Part shown: in pieces, positions 15,906 through 22,954 of the stretch
Numbering within the stretch: the stretch's first letter is position 1
Layout of the letters: each line of letters opens with the position of its first letter
Source of the DNA: Desulfurococcaceae archaeon
GTDB taxonomy: Archaea; Thermoproteota; Thermoprotei_A; Sulfolobales; Desulfurococcaceae
Direction: 5' to 3'
DNA: 24,474 bases
NCBI GenBank assembly: GCA_038896955.1
Contig: JAWAXJ010000001.1
Span: forward strand, 1 to 24,474
Made by a program: the position numbers and the translations under genes
Notes under the pieces: generated by a model
Told to the model about the DNA's origin: nothing
The model's database searches: none
The model's input: only the letters and a program-made list of their open reading frames with translations

Positions 15906-16084
15906 TGGATGAGGTGATAGCGTTGGTCAGGATGAGTGGGGGAGACTACGCGTTGATCTACCGTATAGCTAGGAATGAGAGGAAGACTGTTAACGACTGG
16001 ATAATGTCGTGTATACTTGAGAAGCTTGAGAAGCTTCAGGAGGAGTGGATGATTAAGCAGAAGATACAGGTTGACGAGAAGTAG
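15905..16084 (+). CDS. Ribbon-helix-helix-like protein, 59 aa; not in the ORF track
   Basis: MDEVIALVRMSGGDYALIYRIARNERKTVNDWIMSCILEKLEKLQEEWMIKQKIQVDEK; TAATG overlap; fills the operon gap. Confidence 0.7.
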   Translation: MDEVIALVRMSGGDYALIYRIARNERKTVNDWIMSCILEKLEKLQEEWMIKQKIQVDEK

Positions 16085-16096
16085 GGGGTGTGAACC

Positions 16097-17191
16097 GTGT
16101 CTCTGCTAGAGTTTCTCGACCCGGCGTACGTGAAAAGCAAGCTTGATAGCTTCGATAGCAAGCTAGATGTGGCTTTAAGTACTAGAGCATCAGAATCCAC
16201 GCTGGCGGCATTCAGCGGCAAGTTCCCGGGTGCCGTAACCCTAGGAGACACGATGTCAAACCCGACAACCACTATAATCGGCGGCGCCCTGCTAGGCTGG
16301 GATAGCGCGGGTGGCGTCTGGGAGAGAGTATATACTGACGGTTCTAATAGGCTTAAGGTTGCGTTGGATACTCTTCCAAACCCATCTAACCTGGATGTAG
16401 CGCTAAGCACAAGGGCTTCGGAGTCGACGCTATCCTCGATCTTAGGTAAGCTAGATGTAAACCTCTCAACCAGGCTAGCTGAGACAACATTCACCAGTAG
16501 ATGGGATGGAGGCATATACGGCTTCGATGGAACTACGGCAAGAAAGATTAAAACCGATGCGGCTGGTGAGCTGCAGGTCGACGTCTTAACATTACCAAAC
16601 CCATCGAACCTTGATGTAGCGCTCTCTACGAGGGCGTCTGAGACGACTTTAAGTGCGATTAAGACCCAGACCGATAAGCTGACATTCGATGCAGCGAATA
16701 GGCTTACAGTTAACGCTGCAGTGGTAGCTAACCCATCAAACCTTGATGTGGCTTTAAGCACTAGAGCTAGCGAGGCGACGCTATCCTCGATACTGAATAA
16801 GCTTGACGTAAACCTATCCACAAGGCTAGCCGATACGAAGATACCCAACGCTCTAGGCCAAGCCAGCCTAGACGTAGTCGGCTCGACGATGTATGCGTTA
16901 GGTGTCGTTCCTTCTTATCTACCTTCGAGAATGCCATACTGTATAGCGAATATCTCGGTCGGGACAACGGAAGGCAGCACCGCAATAGCTGCCCCGGGAG
17001 GAAAGATGCTGATACTCAGGAACAGGGGGGACGTAGACATATTGGTAGGTGTAAACGGCTCTGTTCCAGCTACCAACCCGCTTATCCTGAGGGCTAGGAC
17101 GATAAGGATATTCCCATTCAGCGGTGTAACCGCGGTATACTATAAGACCGCTACCGGTAGCAGCACCCTGGATATAGAGTATTGGAGCTAG
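16097..17191 (+). CDS. Repeat-rich fibre-like protein 1 (364 aa) with C-terminal beta tip
   Basis: Four LDVALSTRASE.TL and two LDVNLSTRLA repeats separated by G(W/F)D...TD...L.V segments; C-terminal beta-domain from about IANISVG. Confidence 0.8.
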   Translation: MSLLEFLDPAYVKSKLDSFDSKLDVALSTRASESTLAAFSGKFPGAVTLGDTMSNPTTTIIGGALLGWDSAGGVWERVYTDGSNRLKVALDTLPNPSNLDVALSTRASESTLSSILGKLDVNLSTRLAETTFTSRWDGGIYGFDGTTARKIKTDAAGELQVDVLTLPNPSNLDVALSTRASETTLSAIKTQTDKLTFDAANRLTVNAAVVANPSNLDVALSTRASEATLSSILNKLDVNLSTRLADTKIPNALGQASLDVVGSTMYALGVVPSYLPSRMPYCIANISVGTTEGSTAIAAPGGKMLILRNRGDVDILVGVNGSVPATNPLILRARTIRIFPFSGVTAVYYKTATGSSTLDIEYWS

Positions 17192-17202
17192 AGGTGGGGG
17201 GT

Positions 17203-17439
17203 TTGCCTGAATACGAGTATATATTCGACATGGTAGAGCTACTGAAGGATAAGCCTCTAGACGCCGCCCGCATCTTGGAGGCGGTAGCCAAACCCGGGTT
17301 TAAACCGCTAGCCGTCAAGGTTGACAACGAGAGGGGTCAGGTGGTCTTCTACTTCAGCAACCCGCTTGGAAGGGAGGAGAAGAGCGATCTAGACCTACTG
17401 GTTAAGAAGATCTTCCAGGAGTGGAAGAAGCGGGCGTAA
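17203..17439 (+). CDS. Small protein following fibre 1 (78 aa), paralogue of 20704-21021
   Basis: TTG at 17203 with SD GAGGTG 6 nt upstream; D...L...PLDA..I.......G...V..F..P pattern. Confidence 0.7.
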   Translation: MPEYEYIFDMVELLKDKPLDAARILEAVAKPGFKPLAVKVDNERGQVVFYFSNPLGREEKSDLDLLVKKIFQEWKKRA

Positions 17440-17443
17440 CTAG

Positions 17444-17671
17444 ATGTCAGCGAAGAAGTATGTATGCTCGATATGCGGTAGGGAGCTTGATGGTAGAAGC
17501 CTAGTCGTCGAGATACAGGATCCTATGGTAGCGTCTAAGGGTAAGGCTAGGATAGGCGACTTCATCTGCTATAACTGTATCTCGAAAGTCTACGAGCCAC
17601 CGGCAACATCCCCCAGAAAGATAACGGTTACCTGCCCTAGATGCGGGGAGGTGATCGATGTATGGCTCTGA
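17444..17671 (+). CDS. Small zinc-binding protein with three CxxC pairs (75 aa)
   Basis: CSICG, CYNC, CPRCG. Confidence 0.8.
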   Translation: MSAKKYVCSICGRELDGRSLVVEIQDPMVASKGKARIGDFICYNCISKVYEPPATSPRKITVTCPRCGEVIDVWL

Positions 17672-18564
17672 GACCTGGAGTAGACATACCGGTCGTTCAA
17701 TGGTGTGAGCCAACCCCAGACAGCCAGCACCACGGCACGGCTGTAGCATGGGACATGGGTGGCTACATATACTGGCTACGAGGCAACAATTCAAACTGGT
17801 TTAGAAGGTACAGCGTAAGAGGGGATACGCATCAGTACCTGGCTGGCGCTCCTTGGGCGGCATATCAGGGAGCACACCTCATATACGACCCGTCGCGAGG
17901 ATACTTCTTCGCCATACAGGGGAACGCTGGAACAGGGTTCGCATATTATAATCCAGCTAATGGGGGTTGGACATCCCTCGCGGCGCTACCAGTAGCGGCT
18001 AACTACGGTAGCTGGATATGCCACACGTGCTCAGCCCTAAGATCTGGGGCTAACGACGACTATGTATACTACGCACCGGCTTACGGTTCAACATCTTTCT
18101 ACAGGTACTCAATATCCGGCAACTCGTTCACATCGCTGGCGTCAGCTCCGGCGACGCTAAGCAACGGAAGCATTGGCGTTTGGGTCTATAACTACGACCC
18201 TGATAAGATATACGTTATAAGGGGAGGAGGAACTACAACAATATACGTATATAGCATAAGCGGAAACTCCTGGACAACTCTAACGTACACTCCAGCAATC
18301 TTCGGCTTCTCAACCGGTACTTACGCAGTATACGACCCAGATACAAATAGAATATACATGTGCCTGAACGAAGGATATAGATACATATACTATCTAGACC
18401 TGAGCACGAATAAAATGGAGGCTTACACTAGGCTACCGCTTCCATATTATAGGGAGGCTAGGAGGCTTGAGATAGTGAAGATCGGCGGCAGGAAGTTCCT
18501 GTACGTCTTCAGAGGGTACGAGGGGGCTCCGTTCGCCATCTGGAGGATACCACTTTACTGGTAG
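17662..18564 (+). CDS. Six-bladed Kelch-like beta-propeller, candidate receptor-binding protein (300 aa)
   Basis: ATG 17662 after GGAGGTGA; six blades such as YIYWLRG...FRRYSVRGDTHQYLAGAP, YFFAIQG...FAYYNPANGGWTSLAALP, KIYVIRGGG...YVYSISGNSWTTLTYTP. Confidence 0.8.
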   Translation: MALRPGVDIPVVQWCEPTPDSQHHGTAVAWDMGGYIYWLRGNNSNWFRRYSVRGDTHQYLAGAPWAAYQGAHLIYDPSRGYFFAIQGNAGTGFAYYNPANGGWTSLAALPVAANYGSWICHTCSALRSGANDDYVYYAPAYGSTSFYRYSISGNSFTSLASAPATLSNGSIGVWVYNYDPDKIYVIRGGGTTTIYVYSISGNSWTTLTYTPAIFGFSTGTYAVYDPDTNRIYMCLNEGYRYIYYLDLSTNKMEAYTRLPLPYYREARRLEIVKIGGRKFLYVFRGYEGAPFAIWRIPLYW

Positions 18565-18573
18565 GTGATGGAA

Positions 18574-20232
18574 ATGGCTATTCTGGAAGCCCTAGACCCT
18601 GAATTCGTTAGGTTGTTGATCGAGCAAATATCTCTATATTTATCTAGCATGCGGTATCTATCTTCTTTCATCATATTCGATGACTCGTCGAGACTTATAA
18701 CGAGGGTAGGCTATATTGACGACGGCTACGTGAGGATAAGGGATGCACAGGACACCTCGATAAGCATAGTAGAGATACTCAGGGAGATGACGTGGACGAG
18801 CCTGAGCCTAGCACAGCTAGGAGCAACAACAGCTCAACCGGGAGATCAACCGCCGCCGAATGTGATAGTTACGGGAGGGTTTGACGGTAGCTTAGTTAGA
18901 ATGCTTAAGACTGATTCAGACGGTAGACTACAGGTAGGAGTCGTATCGTTACCAGTTACCAAGGGAGACTGGCTATCTGTAATACCAAACCCGCCCAACC
19001 TAGACGTAGCGCTATCAACTAGAGCGTCAGAGGCGACGCTGGTAGCGATCAGGGACAGACTGCCCGCATCCCTCACATCAGCGGGCAACTTCAGAGTAGC
19101 TGTGCTAGAGGACGGAATAGGATTAGCAAAGGACTCAACACTATCCTCTATCCTGAGCAGACTAGACACAAACCTATCTACCAGAGCGTCTGAAACCACG
19201 TTGTCTGGTATAAAGTCTCAGACAGATAAGCTGACGTTCGACGCGTCGAACAGGCTGATCGTGAACGCAACCGTGGTAGCAAACCTGGACAGAAGCCTGC
19301 TCACGGTTAAGAGAGAGCTTTTAACGCTTGCTCCAGCGTCTGGGAGAAACGCAACAGTGCCGGTGGACGACTACGTTCACTGGATTGACTCAGCCGAGTA
19401 CAGTGTTACCGAGACCTCGTGGACGGAGAAGACAAGGTGCGTGGTGAGGCAACGAAACCTTCCCTCGAGAACGTACCTTGTTCACGTGTACGTCGAAGGG
19501 TACGTATCAGCTGGTCAAACCCTCTACGTCAGGTTCAGAAGCCACTACAGAGGTACACTGGCTTCGTTCACGTTCACCGAGACCTCGTACGTTAGCAAGG
19601 AGGCGAACGCAACGTACATTGCTCCCGGCTGGTGGGACGACCCCATATACGTGGAAGCGTACGTAACCGGTGGAACAGGGTACGTAAAGAACGCTCAGAT
19701 AAACTTCGTTAAAGCCAACGTCGTCGAAGGATGGACTGGCACAATCAGCGGAGAGCAGTTTAAACCGTTAAGAATTGACGCCGAGGGCTACCTTTTAGCT
19801 AAATCCCCACAGCTCCCAAGCACTTTAACCGCGGCTGGAAACCTCAAGGTTTCAGTTGAAGAGTCATCCATCAAGCAGCCAGTGAATATCCAAGACCACT
19901 GGGTTGAAAGCGTAGTTCTACTGCCAAGCGGGGCTCGGACAGCAAGCGGGAACACGGGGGACATAGATGTTGGGAGGTTCCTTTACGGCGAGATATGCAT
20001 AGATATAACCGCAGTTTCAGGTACGAATCCAACGTTGGACGTATACATCGAGGGCAAAGACCAATACACTGGAAAATACAAGGTTCTCTTCTCTCACACG
20101 GGCTTAAACTCGGTTCAAACAATATGGGATACAATAACACTGCTAGCCTTCAGGTACCTGAGGGTTAGATGGGTTGTTGGAGGAACCTCGCCTTCATTCA
20201 CCTTCTCTGTCTCAGGTGAGTTTAAGTCGTAA
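18574..20232 (+). CDS. Multi-domain fibre-like protein 2 (552 aa)
   Basis: ATG 18574 after AGGTGA; shares the LDVALSTRASE and TDKLTFDA.NRL.VNA.VVAN modules with fibre 1; duplicated LP.(S/T)LT.AGN..V; inserted beta-domain (about 19366-19720); C-terminal ARTASG...DITAVSGTNPTLDV...RYLRVRWVVGGTSPSFTFSV beta-domain of a type seen in tailed-phage proteins. Confidence 0.8.
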   Translation: MAILEALDPEFVRLLIEQISLYLSSMRYLSSFIIFDDSSRLITRVGYIDDGYVRIRDAQDTSISIVEILREMTWTSLSLAQLGATTAQPGDQPPPNVIVTGGFDGSLVRMLKTDSDGRLQVGVVSLPVTKGDWLSVIPNPPNLDVALSTRASEATLVAIRDRLPASLTSAGNFRVAVLEDGIGLAKDSTLSSILSRLDTNLSTRASETTLSGIKSQTDKLTFDASNRLIVNATVVANLDRSLLTVKRELLTLAPASGRNATVPVDDYVHWIDSAEYSVTETSWTEKTRCVVRQRNLPSRTYLVHVYVEGYVSAGQTLYVRFRSHYRGTLASFTFTETSYVSKEANATYIAPGWWDDPIYVEAYVTGGTGYVKNAQINFVKANVVEGWTGTISGEQFKPLRIDAEGYLLAKSPQLPSTLTAAGNLKVSVEESSIKQPVNIQDHWVESVVLLPSGARTASGNTGDIDVGRFLYGEICIDITAVSGTNPTLDVYIEGKDQYTGKYKVLFSHTGLNSVQTIWDTITLLAFRYLRVRWVVGGTSPSFTFSVSGEFKS

Positions 20233-20245
20233 TGGAGGTGAGTGA

Positions 20246-20704
20246 ATGAGCATATACCCGCCTACTGTAAGTGCAAAAGAAGTCTGGGAGTACCCACAAA
20301 GAACGTTAAACTATATGTACGGCATATCGCCAACAGACGATATTTTACTTAGCGATACAACCCTTCGTTACACGAATTCAACGAGCCCTGTAAAAATGAA
20401 AGAAATGCTTTTATTCTATGGTGGTGTAATACGCACATACTTTGAAATGTATGCAGCATCTGGTTACAGAGCGTATGGACGAGTGTACATTAACGATAAA
20501 CCCTATGGAACGCTCAGATCAACAACATCAACCACGCCTGTTGCATTTACTGAAGACTTATATTTCCCACCCAATTCATTTTACCAAATCTATGGTTATT
20601 CATCTTCTAGTTCCGCTTATGCATATTATCCTGTACAGAGTGTTAGGGGCGTGATAACACTAATATCGCCCCAACCACCTATAGTTGGGTTTGTGACACT
20701 ATAA
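20246..20704 (+). CDS. Putative fibre tip/adhesin beta-domain protein (152 aa)
   Basis: SD GGAGGTGA; N-terminal EVWEYPQRTL motif; Tyr/Ser/Thr-rich domain resembling the inserted domain of fibre 2; AT-rich codons. Confidence 0.75.
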   Translation: MSIYPPTVSAKEVWEYPQRTLNYMYGISPTDDILLSDTTLRYTNSTSPVKMKEMLLFYGGVIRTYFEMYAASGYRAYGRVYINDKPYGTLRSTTSTTPVAFTEDLYFPPNSFYQIYGYSSSSSAYAYYPVQSVRGVITLISPQPPIVGFVTL

Positions 20705-21021
20705 TGACAATTAGAATACTGATTGATAGAGAAAAATTAAAACATCTTGAGCCGCTTGATGCTGGCGTGATACAAAAGCATTTAGAGGATAAAGGCCATG
20801 TTTTCAAAGGAATTTCATGTGTTATTGCTGATGATGAAAAGGTTATAATCGTCTTTGAGGAACCGCCGGTACCAATTGATAAGGTAGCGGTTGACTTAAA
20901 TGTTGCGCCAACAGATATTGATATATTGGAATTTGAACATAGAGGAAAGAAAAGAGTAACGCTTTTTGAAGGAATTAATAAAAAGGGACGCTATGAAAAA
21001 ATAGAGCTACTGCTTGAATAG
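20704..21021 (+). CDS. Small protein (105 aa), paralogue of 17203-17439
   Basis: TAATG coupling; IDREKLKHLEPLDAGVI...G...VIIVFEEP. Confidence 0.75.
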   Translation: MTIRILIDREKLKHLEPLDAGVIQKHLEDKGHVFKGISCVIADDEKVIIVFEEPPVPIDKVAVDLNVAPTDIDILEFEHRGKKRVTLFEGINKKGRYEKIELLLE

Positions 21022-21035
21022 GAGTGGACCCAAAA

Positions 21036-21236
21036 ATGGATTCAACGAAAATAGTTGCAGTAATATGCTTAACGGCAATATGTATAGCAGCATTGCTTAA
21101 AGGCATAGATTCAGTGCTCGCGAGTGCTATTTCGGCATCAATTGGTGCGATCGCAGGCTACTCAGCTAAAAAGCTTAAGAAAAAGAAAAGTACTACAAGT
21201 ACATCAGAAAATGGTTGGATGAAGGAATTGATTTAG
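21036..21236 (+). CDS. Small membrane protein, two hydrophobic segments with poly-Lys tail
   Basis: IVAVICLTAICIAALLKGIDSVLASAISASIGAIAGYSAKKLKKKK; ATG 21036 (GTG 21024 is an alternative start). Confidence 0.65.
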   Translation: MDSTKIVAVICLTAICIAALLKGIDSVLASAISASIGAIAGYSAKKLKKKKSTTSTSENGWMKELI

Positions 21237-21246
21237 GGATTTCAAT

Positions 21247-21613
21247 ATGAAAAACTATATCGTCTGAGGATATAAGAGAGCTGATAAAAGGCTACGAACC
21301 CTATTTTTTAAAAGGGTTTTATGAAAGTGAGGGGTTGTGCTTTGAAGGCAAGGGAACTATGAATATACACATGTATAATTCAAATCCAACGCTGATAGAT
21401 ATCGTCTATGAGGCGCTTACGAGGCTTGGATTTTGTGCAGTGATTAAAGATAGGGGTTTACCCAAGGGGGCTAAGAAGAGGGCGTATGAAATAAGGATTA
21501 AAGGATGGAAGGAGAGTATGAAGTTCATCCTTTTAGTGAAACCAATTATTAAGGTTCCGCGATGGATTAAGTCTGCTCAGGAAGCATGGCTTCCTATGGG
21601 GGCAGAATCATGA
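21247..21613 (+). pseudogene. Single-motif LAGLIDADG homing endonuclease with a one-base frameshift
   Basis: YFLKGFYESEG motif, then IHMYNSNPTLIDIVYEALTRLGF and YEIRIKG...FILLVKPIIK. Removing one A from the A5 run (21250-21254) joins ATG 21247 to this frame: MKTISSEDIRELIKGYEPYFLKGFYESEG. Confidence 0.75.
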
Positions 21614-21767
21614 AATGCGAAGAATGTGGATTAACAATGGATAGAGACGTTATAGCTGTATTGAACCTTCAGATGCGGGGAGCTGGGTCCCCCCAAAGAG
21701 CCCTCAATGAGTTAATCGAGGGGGAAGGGCTATGTATGTCTATAAAAGACTACGTAGCTCAGAACCG
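21574..21767 (+). mobile_element. tnpB: 3' remnant of an IS200/IS605- or IS607-type tnpB with structured end
   Basis: GRIMKCEECGLTMDRDVIAVLNL is the second zinc knuckle plus RuvC-III DRD..A..NL motif of TnpB; followed by GC-rich hairpins. No upstream TnpB body and no TnpA. Confidence 0.75.
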
Positions 21768-21828
21768 TGAGGGAAAAGTTCACATACGGGGCTACGAGGA
21801 TTATTATCCTGAGACTGGGGTGATGTAA

Positions 21829-22290
21829 ATGGTTGACTTCAAGAGGTTCTCCATCTACGTGGCGAACAGGAAGGTGAGGAAGGGGTGGGACTACATTATC
21901 CTACCCGATGGAAAGAGGGTTTCAGTTGAGCCGGGCAAGTACCTGAAGCTGCTCAGCGAGAAGCCTTTAAAGTTCGGCTTCGAAGACCTGACTGAGGAAA
22001 TCGGTGAAAAACCCGACTGGGACTTCGACGAGCCTATATGCGAGGTTGTTGAGGAGACTGGAATCGTAAGCAAGAAAGTGAGACTTAAATGCACCTATGG
22101 AGCCGGCTATGAGAACCACCTCTACTTCGACAATGTTCTCATCTACAAGTTTACTCCTGGAGGATATACGGTAGAGATCTCCTTCACCTACACTGACTGG
22201 AAGCCGGTTATTATGGGAGTTGTCGGCGGTGTCGCCGCTACAGCAGCAATTATTACAGCAGCAATATATGCGAGAAGGAGAAGGGCATAA
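21829..22290 (+). CDS. C-terminally membrane-anchored protein (153 aa)
   Basis: SD GGGGTGA; soluble beta-rich region, then VIMGVVGGVAATAAIITAAIYA and RRRRA stop-transfer tail. Confidence 0.8.
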   Translation: MVDFKRFSIYVANRKVRKGWDYIILPDGKRVSVEPGKYLKLLSEKPLKFGFEDLTEEIGEKPDWDFDEPICEVVEETGIVSKKVRLKCTYGAGYENHLYFDNVLIYKFTPGGYTVEISFTYTDWKPVIMGVVGGVAATAAIITAAIYARRRRA

Positions 22291-22304
22291 AGCATATAGA
22301 CAAA

Positions 22305-22424
22305 ATGCTTAGGCAAGTATGGCGTATAACTATTGAGCTCATTGAATCAAAGATATCTGGTGATGAAAAGAAAGGAAAGGCAATATGCCCAATATGTGGA
22401 AGAGAACTATGCTCATGGGGGTGA
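22305..22424 (+). CDS. Possible 39-aa CxxC peptide (MLRQVW...AICPICGRELCSWG)
   Basis: Open frame after the anchored-protein gene with CPICG; weak SD. Confidence 0.3.
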   Translation: MLRQVWRITIELIESKISGDEKKGKAICPICGRELCSWG

Positions 22425-22516
22425 GGCTGGCGGGCAAAAGCTTAATAGGTCTGAGACGCTTACAATCACACCATTTAGGTGGTGCGATGGGCTGCTTCTG
22501 TATAGCGTAGATGCAG

Positions 22517-22954
22517 CTATAAATGTTCAGTATATGTTACAGATGCACCGCATACAGGGCATACACGTCTTACACGTTTGAAGCATCCGCTGGTAGCGGT
22601 CTCATACTCTACAATCCACTCGTCGTGTCTACACCGGGATATTGGTATAGGCTTCAATGCTAGAGTAGACATCACTATTTCTACAGCCCTTCTTCTTCTC
22701 CTTGAACGCCATTTGCTACGCTTAAGCATGGCGAGGTATGTGAGCGCTAGTTTACCATCCATCTGATGCTCCCAGAGGTGGTCAAGTAGCGCGGTTCTAT
22801 CGTTGAGTCTTGCAGAGCATGCTGGACACGTGTACGGTTCATATGCTTGTATATGCGCGGTTCTATAGTGTCTCACCAGATTCGATACATGCCTATATTT
22901 CACACCGCATACAGGGCATACATATATGTTGCTACGCATCACCGAGTATCTCAT
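22517..22954 (-). CDS. Tandem C2H2 zinc-finger protein with an extra C-terminal zinc site (145 aa)
   Basis: CPVC...LVRHYRTAH, CPAC...LLDHLWEH, basic RSRRRRR, then CRH...GC...CPVCG. Confidence 0.85.
   Translation of the reverse strand: MRYSVMRSNIYVCPVCGVKYRHVSNLVRHYRTAHIQAYEPYTCPACSARLNDRTALLDHLWEHQMDGKLALTYLAMLKRSKWRSRRRRRAVEIVMSTLALKPIPISRCRHDEWIVEYETATSGCFKRVRRVCPVCGASVTYTEHL

Larger units (their letters stand above)
16163..19203 (+). repeat. LD(V/T)(A/N)LSTR(A/L) protein repeat, eight copies over two genes
   Basis: Copies start at 16163, 16391, 16451, 16610, 16742, 16802 (gene 1) and 19000, 19162 (gene 2), all in frame. Confidence 0.9.

Noticed and set aside
16036-16848. 270-aa antisense ORF (and 18846-19199) with repeated ALVLSATSRL
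   Set aside because: Mirror image of the LDVALSTRASE repeats on the plus strand.
16163-19203. Repeats considered as a CRISPR mini-array, DGR template/variable pair or invertible cassette
   Set aside because: They are in-frame, irregularly spaced and differ at synonymous sites, not specifically at adenines. No reverse transcriptase, invertase or flanking inverted repeats were seen.
6742-21021. Reading the window as a head-tail (Caudoviricetes) virus because of tape-measure-like and tail-collar-like genes
   Set aside because: No terminase, portal, HK97 capsid, tube or sheath gene is recognisable, whereas the SIRV2-type MCP and GT4 context are clear.
21586-21828. 80-aa ORF as a functional TnpB or Cas12-like nuclease
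   Set aside because: RuvC-I/II, the bridge helix and the N-terminal domains are absent; the ORF is a remnant reading through the element end.
22333-22581. Plus-strand 82-aa ORF, and the other plus-strand ORFs between 22578 and 24124
   Set aside because: No SD or recognisable motif; most overlap better-supported minus-strand genes.
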